From Malacoraja senta (lineage: Eukaryota), in assembly GCA_038087875.1 (NCBI GenBank), contig CM075996.1, positions 2,606,012 through 2,670,000 on the forward strand: a stretch of DNA of 63,989 nucleotides. Direction: 5' to 3'. Each line of letters starts with the position of its first letter. Positions within the stretch are counted from its first letter, which is position 1. The notes under the pieces are model-generated. The model saw nothing but the letters and a program-made list of their open reading frames with translations. It was not told the origin of the DNA and did no database searches. Below, in pieces: positions 38,100-51,683 of this stretch. The position numbers and the translations under genes are program-made.

Positions 38100-39600
38100 C
38101 TCCCTTGTTCCCCACTGAGCCAGTGCTGCGGGTCCCCAGGCTGCCCGTGTGTCGCTGCTGTGGTCAGTCAGGGTGGGGATGTTGTTGTTGTTGTTGTTGT
38201 GTGAGGGGCCCCGGGCCCCGCTACAGGCTGCGGCCGCTTCTGGAACATTCCCGGGCCCATCCGGCGCCAGGAGATACGGATAGGCCGCGGGCGGCGTGTG
38301 GGGCCTTTACTGGGCCGTCAGGTCAATGTCGCCCCAACTCCCTCCCTCCCTCCCTCCCTCCCCGCGGCGCTCCCTCACTCCTTCACTCACTCCCCGCGGC
38401 GCTCCCTCCTTCCCTCCCTCCTTCCCTCCTTCACTCACTCAGCCGCGCCTCCAGACTCTCTTCCTCCTCCCGCGGCGCCGCCATCTTGTTTCCCAGCCAC
38501 CTCCAGGAGCGCCTTAAAGCGGTAAAGGCCCGGCTCCTTAAAGCGGTGGTGGGCCCGGTTCCTTAAAGCGGGAATGGCCCGGCTCCTTAAAGCGGTGGTG
38601 GGCCCGGCTCCTTAAAGCGGTGGTGGGCCCGGCTCCTTAAAGCGGGAATGGCCCGGCTCCTTAAAGCGGTGGTGGGCCCGGCTCCTTAAAGCGGTGGTGG
38701 GCCCGGCTCCTTAAAGCGGCGGTGGGCCCGGCTCCTTAAAGCGGGAATGGCCCGGCTCCTTAAAGCGGTGGTGGGCCCGGTTCCTTAAAGCGGGAATGGC
38801 CCGGCTCCTTAAAGCGGTGGTGGGCCCGGCTCCTTAAAGCGGTGGTGGGCCCGGCTCCTTAAAGCGGGAATGGCCCGGCTCCTTAAAGCGGTGGTGGGCC
38901 CGGCTCCTTAAAGCGGTGGTGGGCCCGGCTCCTTAAAGCGGGAATGGCCCGGCTCCTTAAAGCGGTGGTGGGCCCGGCTCCTTAAAGCGGTGGTGGGCCC
39001 GGCTCCTTAAAGCGGCGGTGGGCCCGGCTCCTTAAAGCGGGAATGGCCCGGCTCCTTAAAGCGGTGGTGGGCCCGGTTCCTTAAAGCGGGAATGGCCCGG
39101 CTCCTTAAAGCGGTGGTGGGCCCGGCTCCTTAAAGCGGTGGTGGGCCCAGCTCCTTAAAGCGGGAATGGCCCGGCTCCTTAAAGCGGTGGTGGGCCCGGC
39201 TCCTTAAAGCGGCGGTGGGCCCGGCTCCTTAAAGCGGTGGTGGGCCCGGCTCCTTAAAGCGGTGGTGGGCCCGGCTCCTTAAAGCGGGAATGGCCCGGCT
39301 CCTTAAAGCGGTGGTGGGCCCGGCTCCTTAAAGCGGTGGTGGGCCCGGCTCCTTAAAGCGGCGGTGGGCCCGGCTCCTTAAAGCGGTGGTGGGCCCGGCT
39401 CCTTAAAGCGGTGGTGGGCCCGGCTCCTTAAAGCGGTGGTGGGCCCGGCTCCTTAAAGCGGTGGTGGGCCCGGCTCCTTAAAGCGGTGGTGGGCCCGGCT
39501 CCTTAAAGCGGGAATGGCCCGGCTCCTTAAAGCGGTGGTGGGCCCGGCTCCTTAAAGCGGGAATGGCCCGGCTCCTTAAAGCGGGAATGGCCCGGCTCCT
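38100..39600 (-). promoter_or_regulatory. CpG island / promoter of GGA1, with a YY1-type AAGATGGCGGC motif over the start codon
   Basis: High GC and CpG density around exon 1. Confidence 0.65.
38439..38484 (-). CDS. GGA1: GGA1 coding exon 1 (MAAPREEEESLEARL)
   Basis: AACAAGATGGCG start context in a CpG island; donor A|GTGAGT; phase 1 joins exon 2. Confidence 0.92.
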
Positions 39601-40110
39601 TCTTGGTTTCTTGGTCCTCCAAAATATTCCAAATGGAATTTAAACTGGAGGTGGTGGAGGGAGGACTTAAGCCAGAAAGGGTTTTTGGGAAGAAAGAGCT
39701 ACCTTAAATTTAGTTGCATCTGGTTCGGTAACTATGGTAGGGTGAAGATTATTCCATGCTTTAAAGCGGTTTAAAGCGGAATGGCCCGGCTCCTTAAAGC
39801 GGGAATGGCCCGGCTCCTTAAAGCGAGAATGGCCCGGCTCCTTAAAGCGAGAATGGCCCGGCTCCTTAAAGGGGTGGTGGGCCCGGCTCCTTAAAGGGGC
39901 AAACCTCCCAGCTTCTCCTTAAAGCGGTAAACGCCCAACTCCTTAAAATGGTAAACCTCCCAGTTCCTCCCTAAAGCGGTAAATGATCCGGCTCCTTAAA
40001 GTTATAAACTTCCCAGCTCCTTCTGAAAGCGGTGAACGCCCAGCGTCTTCTTAAAGCAGTAAACGCCCAGCGTCTTCTTTAAGTGGGAAACGCCCCGGCT
40101 CCTTGAAGCG
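38506..40110. repeat. GC-rich 24/25-bp minisatellite immediately upstream of the GGA1 ATG
   Basis: Units GGCCCGGCTCCTTAAAGCGGTGGTG (25) and GGCCCGGCTCCTTAAAGCGGGAAT (24); roughly 44 units to 39600, then a ~160-bp insertion and degenerate units. Confidence 0.95.
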
Positions 40111-41155
40111 GCAATGCACTGTTCACAGACACAAGCAAGGGACTGAATATGCTGGTTACTACATAAAAGCACACAAAGTGCTGGAGTGAATCAGCACGAG
40201 TAACACAGCACTCCAGATCCAAGGACAATTTCCTCCTAGGTGTTATGGGGCAACTGAACCATCCTACCAACAACTAGAGAGCAAGGCCTGAGCTACTATC
40301 CACCTCATGTGAGACCTTTGGACTTTATCCTGCATTAAACATTATTCACTTCAGCAATGAAGAATTGCAGATGTTGGTTGATACTAAAGTTAGACACAAA
40401 ATGCTGGAGTAACTCAGCAGGTCAGGCAGCATCTCTGATATCTACCATGTGTGCAAACAGTCAAGGGCCCCAACCCGAAAAATCACCCATTCCTTCTCTC
40501 CAGAGATGATGCTGACCTGCTGAGTTACTCCAGCATTTTGTGTCCATCTACTTGGTTACTTCAGAAAACCAAATTACATGTTATCTTTTATTCTGAGCTG
40601 AATCATAAGCGCAATAGTTCTTTGGACTTAAAAAGTAGATCGGAATATGGGAAGATTGGGTGGGTGGGTGGGGGGGAATTACAGCTAACACAATTACACA
40701 ACATCTTAATTGGACTAATTCACATTAACAAATTTATCACCCTCTAGTCCTGGCAACATCCTCGTAAATCTACTCTGAAGCAAGCAAGAATTCTCCTATC
40801 TGGGACACATGACAATAAAACTCTCTTGACTCTTGATGTGACTTCAACAGTTGAATAAAGTTTATTAGTATTTTTTATTAATTAGTTAGCTTCCAAGGAA
40901 TGTTCGTATGGAAGGTTTGCCTTTGTAGGCTCAGTATCAAGGTGACCCGTTCACCTCTCCGAGTGCTGTCACGGACAGATACTGACATGGACAGAAATGC
41001 CGAGCAGAAATTCCACTCAAGCACCTCCCGTTCTCACCCACACACGATGGACTTTGACCCGAGCAGCGACAGGCAATAACTGGTACAGGATCTGCAGAGA
41101 TAGCTTCGTTAATCTATCATTTCCGTAAAGTTCGGCATTGAAAGCCGAGATAACT

Positions 41156-41690
41156 TTTTTTTAAATTTCAAAATAGACTTTATTCGAGAAATAAATTTAT
41201 ACAATACATGATCCTTACAAAACTCCATCCGACATTCTCAGAGGCTATACATACATTCAATACAGTTTCCCCAAATCACAATTTTTTCCCCCCACACACC
41301 CTTGCCACTCATGTGACCCACTGGCGTGGAATCCCTTCTCTTGTATTGAGGGGCGTCTCCACCCCACCCTGCCCCCCATGTCCAGCAGCGGAAGGACCCT
41401 AGACTGTGGCCCTCCCTCCCCCACCGAGCCTTGGCGTTGGCTGCACCGAGCTTCAGCACGTATTCCTGCAGTCCGCAGCGGGCCAGTCGGCAACGTTCCC
41501 CGACGGACATCTAGTTCCGCTGGGTGGTCAACAACGCTCGGGCAGACCAAAGAGCGTCTTTACCCGAGTTGATGACCCTCCAGCAGCACTCGATGTCAGT
41601 CTCTGAATGTTGCCCTGGGAACAGTCCGTAAATCACAGAGACCTCTGTGACGGAGCTGTTCGGAATAACGATGGGATAATGTTAACACGG
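41156..41690 (-). mobile_element. Tx1/L1-type LINE 3' fragment
   Basis: Degenerate ORF2 end (VIYGLFPG...CCWRVINS..DALWSAR...RLARCGLQEYVLKLGAANAKARWG), then AATAAA and an A-rich tail. Confidence 0.7.
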
Positions 41691-43018
41691 TTTATCCAAT
41701 TATCAGTGGGTTTGAAGTCAAACAAGGACTAGCGATAGAAGACAGCCTTGGTGCCATGCTTGTGACCCCGGCTGGGTGCAGGGTAGATAAGAGTGGGTCA
41801 GAGCAGGCAGCACGGTGGTGCAGCGGGTAGAGCTGCTGCCTCACAGCGCCAGAGACCCGAGTTCGATCCTGACCACGGGTGCTGTCTTTACGGAGTTTGT
41901 ACGTTCTCCCCGTGACCACATGGGTTTTCTCCGGGTGCTCCGGTTTCCTCCCACACTTCAAAGACGTACAGGTTTGTAGGTTAATTGGCTTCAGTAAAAT
42001 TGTGAATTGTCCCTGGTGTGTGTGTAGGATAGTGTGAGTGTGCAGGGATCGCTGGTCAAAGAGCAAAGGGTCTGTTTCCACGCTGTATCTTTAACTTCTA
42101 AAGTGAAGATAGTTGTAAACTGGAAATCCCACCAGCCCCACCTTCTCCCCAGTGCTGTTTAGTTTAGTTTGGAGATACAGGGTGAAAACAGTCCTCAGTC
42201 CACACCGACCAGCGATCACTCATGCACTAGTTCCATCCGACACACACACTAGGGACCATTAACAGACGTCAATGTACCTCTACACCTGTACGTGTACCGA
42301 GGTACAGTGGAAAGCTTTTTATTGTTGCGTGCTATCCAGGCACTGGAAACATGATTCCAATCAAGTTGTCCACTGTGTACAAACGTAACTATAGTGGAGA
42401 CACAAAAAACTGTAGATGCTAGTTTATACCAAAGATAGTTACAAAGTTTAATTTAGTTCAGAGATACAGTGTGGAAACAGGCCCTTCGGCTATGACCTGC
42501 TATCCACGAAATAAAGGTGCAAACACAGCTCACACCCTCGAGTCCTGGCAACATCCTCGTAAATCTTCTCTGAACCCTTTCAAGCTTGACAATACAGCGC
42601 TGGAGCAACTCAGGTGGGTTCAGGCAGCATCTGTGGAGAGAAGGAATAGGTGACATTTTTGGGTTGAAACCCTTCTCCACACAGGGAATGGAGAGATATG
42701 GATTAGTTTAGAGAGACACAAAATGCTGGGGTAACTCAGGCGGGACGGGCAGGATCTATGGAGAGATTGAAGGGGGGGGGTGACGTTTCTGGTCGAGAGA
42801 CCCTTCTTCAGATGATGAATCAGGTCATCAACATTGCTGGAGAAACTCAGCGGGTGCAGCAGCATCTATGGAGCGAAGGAAATAGGCAACGTTTCGGTTC
42901 CGAGACCCTTCAGACCACCAGACTTCAGATTCTCCAGCATCTGTAGTTCCTTCTTGAACATGAATCAGGTCTTTATCACCAAAGGTGTTACAGCTTGATC
43001 TTGGATCTTGGCTTATCA

Positions 43019-43101
43019 CCAATCAATTGGAGGCGGGATGGTGGAACAGCTGGGTCACTGATCACTGATTAACAGCTGGGGAACTGGGTCTGGTATTTAT
43101 A
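43019..43101 (+). promoter_or_regulatory. Putative galectin core promoter
   Basis: CCAAT (43019), inverted ATTGG (43026), GAGGCGGG GC-box (43030) and TATTTATA (43094) within ~170 nt of the ATG. Confidence 0.55.
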
Positions 43102-43185
43102 CGTTGCTGGCCTTGGACAAATGCAATATCCGCCGTTACAGCAATCAACCCGGCAGCAGCAGCAGCAGTAGCGGAACAGTGGACG

Positions 43186-43191
43186 ATGGCG
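43186..43191 (+). CDS. LGALS2: Prototype galectin coding exon 1 (MA)
   Basis: ACGATGGCG|GTGAGT lies downstream of CCAAT/GC/TATA-like elements. A 6-nt first coding exon is the LGALS2 pattern. Phase 0 fits exon 2. Confidence 0.75.
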
Positions 43192-43519
43192 GTGAGTAGC
43201 GGCGAGCGGATGGGGATGGGGATGGGGACGGGGACGGGGACGGGGACGGGGGGTGGGACTCACTCACTCACTCACTCACTGCGGTCAATGTGGGACCGTC
43301 TCCCTGGGTAGGACAGGGGGGTGAGGACGAGGACGAGGGGGTGAGGGTGCTCCAGCGGTGGGCAGTGAGGAGCTCCGTGTACTCAGCATGGAGTGAGAGT
43401 GAGTGTGTGTGTGTGCGAGTGTGGCTCGTGTTGCTCACTGGAGCAGTGCCAATGCTGGAACGTATGGTGTAGTGAGTGGGGACCAGGCCTGGCTAGATGT
43501 GGTCTCTCGTACACACACA

Positions 43520-43700
43520 AACACAGACACAGAGAGACAGACAGAGAGAGAGACAGACAGAGAGAGAGACAGACAGAGAGAGAGAGACAGACAGAGAGAG
43601 AGAGACAGACAGAGAGAGAGAGACAGACAGAGAGAGAGAGACAGACAGAGAGAGAGACAGACAGAGAGAGAGACAGACAGACAGAGAGAGACAGACAGAC

Positions 43701-43787
<87 letters not shown>

Positions 43788-44092
43788 GAGAGACAGACAG
43801 ACAGACAGAGAGAGACAGACAGACAGAGACAGACAGAGAGAGAGAGACAGACAGAGAGAGAGAGACAGACAGAGAGAGAGAGAGACAGACAGAGAGAGAG
43901 AGACAGACAGAGAGAGAGAGACAGACAGAGAGAGAGAGACAGACAGAGAGAGAGAGACAGACAGAGAGAGAGAGACAGACAGAGAGAGAGAGACAGACAG
44001 AGAGAGAGAGACAGACAGAGAGAGAGAGACAGACAGAGAGAGAGAGACAGACAGAGAGAGAGAGACAGACAGAGAGAGAGAGAGAGAGAGAC

Positions 44093-44162
<70 letters not shown>

Positions 44163-44469
44163 GAGAGAGAGAGACAGACAGAGAGAGAGAGAGACAGACA
44201 GAGAGAGAGAGAGACAGACAGAGAGAGAGACAGACAGAGAGAGAGAGACAGACAGAGAGAGAGAGAGAGAGAGACAGACAGAGAGAGAGACAGACAGAGA
44301 GAGAGAGACAGACAGAGAGAGAGAGACAGACAGAGAGAGAGAGACAGACAGAGAGAGAGAGACAGACAGAGAGAGAGAGACAGACAGAGAGAGAGAGACA
44401 GACAGAGAGACAGACAGAGAGACAGACAGAGAGACAGACAGAGAGACAGACAGAGAGAGACAGAGAGAC

Positions 44470-44508
<39 letters not shown>

Positions 44509-45103
44509 GAGAGACAGAGAGAGAGAGACAGAGAGAGAGAGACAGAGAGAGAGAGACAGAGAGAGAGAGACAGAGAGAGAGAGACAGAGAGAGAGAGACA
44601 GAGAGACAGAGAGAGAGAGACAGAGAGACAGAGAGAGAGAGAGAGAGACAGAGAGAGAGAGAGACAGACAGAGAGAGAGAGACAGACAGAGAGAGAGAGA
44701 GATAGACAGAGAGAGACAGAGAGATAGACAGAGAGAGACAGAGAGACAGACAGAGAGAGACAGACAGAGAGAGACAGAGAGACAGACAGAGAGAGACAGA
44801 GAGACAGACAGAGAGAGACAGAGAGACAGACAGAGAGAGACAGAGAGACAGACAGAGAGAGACAGAGAGACAGACAGAGAGACAGACAGAGACAGACAGA
44901 GAGACAGACAGAGAGAGACACAGAGAGAGACAGAGAGAGACAGACAGAGAGACAGACAGAGAGAGACAGAGAGACAGACAGAGAGAGACAGAGAGACAGA
45001 CAGAGAGAGACAGAGAGACAGACAGACAGAGAGAGACAGAGAGACAGACAGACAGAGAGAGACAGAGAGACAGACAGACAGAGAGACAGACAGACAGACA
45101 GAC

Positions 45104-45146
<43 letters not shown>

Positions 45147-45401
45147 GAGACAGACAGACAGAGAGAGACAGAGAGACAGACAGAGACAGACAGAGAGACA
45201 GACAGAGAGAGACAGAGAGACAGACAGAGAGAGACAGACAGAGAGACAGACAGAGAGAGACAGACAGAGAGAGACAGACAGAGAGACAGACAGAGAGAGA
45301 CAGAGAGACAGACAGAGAGAGACAGAGAGACAGACAGAGAGAGACAGACAGACAGACAGACAGAGAGAGACAGACAGACAGACAGAGAGAGAGAGACAGA
45401 C

Positions 45402-45434
<33 letters not shown>

Positions 45435-46071
45435 GACAGACAGACAGAGACAGACAGACAGAGACAGACAGACAGAGAGAGACAGACAGAGAGAGACAGA
45501 CAGAGAGAGACAGACAGAGAGAGACAGAGAGAGACAGACAGAGAGAGACAGACAGACAGACAGAGACAGACAGACAGACAGAGACAGACAGACAGACAGA
45601 CAGAGACAGACAGACAGACAGACAGAGAGAGACAGACAGACAGACAGAGAGAGACAGACAGACAGACAGAGAGAGACAGACAGACAGACAGAGACAGACA
45701 GACAGACAGAGAGAGACAGACAGACAGAGAGAGACAGACAGAGAGAGACAGACAGACAGAGAGACAGACAGACAGAGAGAGACAGACAGACAGAGAGAGA
45801 CAGAGACAGACAGACAGAGACAGACAGACAGACAGAGAGAGACAGACAGACAGAGAGAGACAGACAGACAGAGAGAGACAGACAGACAGACAGAGAGAGA
45901 CAGACAGAGAGAGACAGACAGAGAGAGACAGACAGACAGACAGAGAGACAGACAGACAGAGAGAGACAGACAGACAGAGAGACAGACAGACAGAGAGAGA
46001 CAGACAGACAGAGAGAGACAGAGAGACAGACAGACAGAGAGAGACAGACAGACAGAGAGAGACAGACAGAC

Positions 46072-46102
<31 letters not shown>

Positions 46103-46105
46103 CAG

Positions 46106-46136
<31 letters not shown>

Positions 46137-46189
46137 CAGACAGACAGAGAGAGAGAGACAGACAGACAGACAGAGAGAGACAGACAGAC

Positions 46190-46250
<61 letters not shown>

Positions 46251-46265
46251 GACAGACAGACAGAC

Positions 46266-46296
<31 letters not shown>

Positions 46297-46353
46297 CAGA
46301 CAGACAGACAGAGAGAGACAGACAGACAGAGAGAGAGAGACAGACAGACAGAC

Positions 46354-46390
<37 letters not shown>

Positions 46391-48273
46391 CAGACAGAGA
46401 CAGACAGACAGACAGACAGAGACAGACAGACAGACAGAGACAGACAGACAGAGACAGACAGACAGAGACAGACGGACAGAGACAGACGGACAGAGACAGA
46501 CGGACAGAGACAGACGGACGGAGAGAGACAGACGGACGGAGAGAGACAGACGGACGGAGAGAGACAGACGGACGGAGAGAGACAGACGGACGGAGAGAGA
46601 CAGACGGACGGAGAGAGACAGACGGACGGAGAGAGAGACGGACGGAGAGAGAGACGGACGGAGAGAGAGACGGACGGAGAGAGAGACGGACGGAGAGAGA
46701 GACGGACGGAGAGAGAGACGGACGGAGAGAGAGACGGACGGAGAGAGAGACGGACGGAGAGAGAGACGGACGGAGAGAGAGACGGACGGAGAGAGAGACG
46801 GACGGAGAGAGAGACGGACGGAGAGAGAGACGGACGGAGAGAGAGACGGACGGAGAGAGAGACGGACGGAGAGAGAGACGGACGGAGAGAGAGACGGACG
46901 GAGAGAGAGACAGACGGAGACAGACAGACGGAGACAGACAGACGGAGACAGACAGACGGAGACAGACAGACGGAGACAGACAGACGGAGACAGACAGACG
47001 GAGACAGACAGACGGAGACAGACAGACGGAGACAGACAGACGGAGACAGACAGACGCAGACAGACAGACAGAGACAGACAGACAGAGACAGACAGACAGA
47101 GACAGACAGACAGAGACAGACAGACAGAGACAGACAGACAGAGACAGACAGACAGAGACAGACAGACAGAGACAGACAGACAGAGACAGACAGACAGAGA
47201 CAGACAGACAGAGACAGACAGACAGAGACAGACAGACAGAGACAGACAGACAGAGACAGACAGACAGAGACAGACAGACAGAGACAGACAGACAGAGACA
47301 GACAGACAGAGACAGACAGACAGAGACAGACAGACAGAGACAGACAGACAGAGACAGACAGACAGAGACAGACAGACAGAGACAGACAGACAGAGACAGA
47401 CAGACAGAGACAGACAGACAGAGACAGACAGACAGAGACAGACAGACAGAGACAGACAGACAGAGACAGACAGACAGAGACAGACAGACAGAGACAGACA
47501 GACAGAGACAGACAGACAGAGACAGACAGACAGAGACAGACAGACAGAGACAGACAGACAGAGACAGACAGACAGAGACAGACAGACAGAGACAGACAGA
47601 CAGAGACAGACAGACAGAGACAGACAGACAGAGACAGACAGACAGAGACAGACAGACAGAGACAGACAGACAGAGACAGACAGACAGAGACAGACAGACA
47701 GAGACAGACAGACAGAGACAGACAGACAGAGACAGACAGACAGAGACAGACAGACAGAGACAGACAGACAGAGACAGACAGACAGAGACAGACAGACAGA
47801 GACAGACAGACAGAGACAGACAGACAGAGACAGACAGACAGAGACAGACAGACAGAGACAGACAGACAGAGACAGACAGACAGAGACAGACAGACAGAGA
47901 CAGACAGACAGAGACAGACAGACAGAGACAGACAGACAGAGACAGACAGACAGAGACAGACAGACAGAGACAGACAGACAGAGACAGACAGACAGAGACA
48001 GACAGACAGAGACAGACAGACAGAGACAGACAGACAGAGACAGACAGACAGAGACAGACAGACAGAGACAGACAGACAGAGACAGACAGACAGAGACAGA
48101 CAGACAGAGACAGACAGACAGAGACAGACAGACAGAGACAGACAGACAGAGACAGACAGACAGAGACAGACAGACAGAGACAGACAGACAGAGACAGACA
48201 GACAGAGACAGACAGACAGAGACAGACAGACAGAGACAGACAGACAGAGACAGACAGACAGAGACAGACAGAC
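43520..48273. repeat. 4.75-kb compound GAGA/GACA/GACG microsatellite in galectin intron 1
   Basis: Direct reading. Confidence 0.97.
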
Positions 48274-48526
48274 ATATGTGTGCACAGGAAGGAACTGCAG
48301 ATGCTGGTTTATACCGAAGATAGACACAACATGCTGGAGTAACTCAACGTGACAGGCAGCATCTCTGGAGTGAAGGAATATTGTATGATATATATTATTT
48401 AAAACGTGTGTGTGTGTTAGGGGTAATGGGGTTGAGAAGGACAGATAGGTCAGCCATGAGTGAATAGCAGAGTAGACTTGATGGGCCGAATGGCCGAATT
48501 CTGCTCCTAGAACTTGTTTCTCTGTA

Positions 48527-48558
<32 letters not shown>

Positions 48559-49569
48559 TGTATATAGTGAGTGTATACTGTATCTGGGTAAATATATATT
48601 CTCTCTGATATACACACACGCACATGCACACATGTACTTTGAAGGCAGGCGCACTCACATGTATGTACATAAATGCACACAGTGCAAGTGTACACTGTAG
48701 GTGCACATACATGTATACAAATGCACACAAAAGGAAACGTGTGATGTACGCACTGGGCACACACAAACATGTACATGCACGCACCCCCACACATGACCTT
48801 GCCCGCACTCTGCCCCACTCCTCTCCCACCTTGATGTTTTCCCTGCCCTAGTTTGCCTCTCCCTCTGTTCCCCGCTCCCTGCCCACCCTCTGTCTCTCGA
48901 GGTGGCTTTAACAAGGAGGCCGCGGTCGACTGTACGTCAAGCCTATCCAGCGATCTCGTATCTCGTACATTCACAAACGTCTCGTCTTTGGACGCGCCCA
49001 AATTCCATTGGTCTGACAAAACCTTTCCACGTTGGCTGCCATCCCACGCGAGGACCTTTGAATCTTCACCTGAATTGGTCAATAAATTAATATGTAGCTA
49101 CTGTACCTTCCCCGAACTGAGCTGGGAGTGTTTACATTGATTGCTGCACCAATAGGGTCTTGCACTAAACACTGCCGCACAAGGCAGTGGAGGCTAATTC
49201 ACTGGGTGTTTTCATGAGTTAGATTTAGCTCTTCAGGCTAAAAGAATCAGGGGATATGGGGAGAAAGCAGGAACGGGGCGCTGATTGTCGATAATTAGCC
49301 ATGATATTTAAGAGGGAGTTAGATGTGGCCCTTGTGGCTAAAGGGATCAGGGGGTATGGAGAGAAGGCAGGTACGGGATACTGAGTTGGATGATCAGCCA
49401 TGAACATATTGAATGGCGGTGCAGGCTCGAAGGGCCGAATGGCCTACTCCTGCGCCTATATTCTATGTATCTATGATCATATAGAATGGCAGTGCTGGCT
49501 TGAAGGGCCGAATGGCCTATGCCTGCACCTATTTTTTTTTAAACATGACTACTTTCATTGACATGACAT

Positions 49570-49790
49570 TGCTGTGTCCCAAACATTATGGTGCCCTGAA
49601 ATAGGGGGACTTTGTATAAAAAGTGCAGTAATTTCTACATGGTGAAACCAAAATGTATAAAAATGGTCTTTATTAACATCTGACAGTGTGCACTTTCGAT
49701 TTTTTTCTAGTACAAATCTCAAATTGTGGAGTACAGAGGCAAATAAATAAATGATGTGTCTTTGTCCCAAACATTATGGAGGGCACCGTA
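49570..49790. mobile_element. Solo Tc1/mariner IR/DR-type terminal repeat
   Basis: Two direct repeats GTCCCAAACATTATGG (49576, 49764); ends GGAGGGCACCG-TA. Confidence 0.6.
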
Positions 49791-50403
49791 GGTTCAAGGT
49801 GAAGGGGGAAGATTTAATAGGAACTTGAGGGATAACTTTTTACACAAAGGGTGGTGTGTGTATGGAACGAGCTGCCAGAGGAGGTAGTTGAGGCTGGGAC
49901 TATCCCGACGTTTAAGAAACAGTTAGACAGGTACATGGATGGGATATGGACCAAACGCAGGCAGGTGGGACTAGTGTAGATGGGACATGTTGGCTGGTGT
50001 GGGCAAGTTGGGCTGAAGCGCCTGTTTCCACAAAGTATAACTCTATGACTAAGCTAAATGCCTCCCCCTCTCTTCCCTCTCCACCTGAATACACTCCCAT
50101 TACCCCTCACTATCCAGGTCCAACTTTGTTCTCCCCCCCCCCCTCAGGTGGTCCCCACACGCCAGGTCCTCTGTTGTACCTGCCATGTTTAAATCAAATG
50201 CAATAATTCACTTGTTCAGTAAAAGTGCTGGAGTAACTCAGCGAGTCGCACGGCATCCCTGGAGAACATGGGTAGGTGACGTTTTGGGTCAGGACCCTTC
50301 TGTAGGCTGAGGTTCTGAAGATAGGTCCCGTCGCCTATCCATGTTCTCCACGGATGCTGGAGTTACTCCAGCATTTAGTCTCTTCTTGGTAAACCGGCAT
50401 CTG

Positions 50404-50483
50404 CTGTCCCTCTGTCCCTCTGTCCCTCTGTCCCTCTGTCCCTCTGTCCCTCTGTCCCTCTGTCCCTCTGTCCCTCTGTCCCT
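50404..50483. repeat. (CTGTCCCT)n 8-bp tandem repeat
   Basis: About 10 copies. Confidence 0.9.
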
Positions 50484-50714
50484 CGTGGGTGTTAATGGGG
50501 TTTTGAGTCTCGTGACCAAGTTTTCTTTTAAGTAAAAGAGGTAGTTGTGAAATAATGTTTAAGAAGGAACTGCAGATGCTGGAAAATCGAAGGTAGACAA
50601 AAATGCTGGAGAAACTCAGTGGGTGAGGCAGCATCTATGGAGCGAAGGAAATGGGCAACGTTTCGGGTCGAGACCCTTCTTCAGACTCTTCTTGTGAAAT
50701 AATGGTTTCTTTCC

Positions 50715-51149
50715 GTTATAAACTTCAAGATCCTCCTCCATGTCTACAAAGCCCTCAATGGGCTTGCCCCCACCTACATAAAAAGTCTTCTCACCCACCA
50801 CTCCACCTCCAGGCCCCTCAGATCGGCCGACTTGGGGTTGCTGAATATCCCACGGTCTAGGCATAAGCTCTGGGGCGACCGCGCCTTTGCGGTTGCAGCT
50901 CCTAGACTGTGGAACAGCATCCCCCTTCCCATCAGAACTGCCCCCTTCATCGACTCCTTTAAGTCAAGACTAAAGACTTATCTCTACTCCCAAGCCTTTC
51001 CTGACGTCCTCTGAGCGAGGGCTACATGTATATATGTATGTAGTTTGTTTTGTTTGTGCTATTCTTATAACCAATGTAAAGCACTTTGGCCAACGAGAGT
51101 TGTTTTTTAAATGTGCTATATAAATAAATGTGACTTGAGTTGACTGACT
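50715..51149 (+). mobile_element. L2-type LINE 3' fragment
   Basis: FKILLHVYKALNGLAPTY...GDRAFAVAAPRLWNSIP...FKSRLKTYL*; 3'UTR TGTAAAGCACTTTG...TGCTATATAAATAAA and a (TGACT)n tail. Confidence 0.85.
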
Positions 51150-51166
51150 TCCAATATCAAAACCAG

Positions 51167-51243
51167 CTTGAAATCCACAATGTTGAAATGAAGGTGGGAG
51201 ATACCTTGAAGATTAAAGGGAAGGTTTCAGATGATGCTGACAG
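51167..51243 (+). CDS. LGALS2: Galectin exon 2 (LEIHNVEMKVGDTLKIKGKVSDDADR)
   Basis: Similar to human Gal-2 LEVKNMDMKPGSTLKITG; donor AG|GTGAGA; acceptor AACCAG| is weak. Confidence 0.85.
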
Positions 51244-51573
51244 GTGAGATTAAAGTTTTGTTTTGTTTTTTTCCCCCTTCTCGTTTTTTGTCCTCGCTTC
51301 CCTTTGTACTTTACACATTGTAACTTTAGAGATACAGCATGGAAATGGGCCCTTCGGCCAACTGAGTTCGGGCCAGCCACCTCGTACACTAGTTGTATGT
51401 TACCCCACTTTCTCATCCACTTTACAGAGGGCCAGTTAACCTACAAGCCCGTGCAACTTTTGGCATGTGGGAGGAAACTGGAGCACGTTTGGTTCCAGCG
51501 CAGAAACTGGCCCTTCGGCCCATCGAGTCCGCCATCACCCACAGATCAGCGATCGCCCGCGCACTAACATTAT

Positions 51574-51604
<31 letters not shown>

Positions 51605-51642
51605 CAATTCACACACACGACAATTCACAATTCACACACACA

Positions 51643-51683
<41 letters not shown>

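Noticed and set aside
43383..48654. ORFs of 1600-1700 aa (SVCL/RQTE repeats)
   Set aside because: Translation of a stop-free microsatellite inside galectin intron 1; no coding signal.
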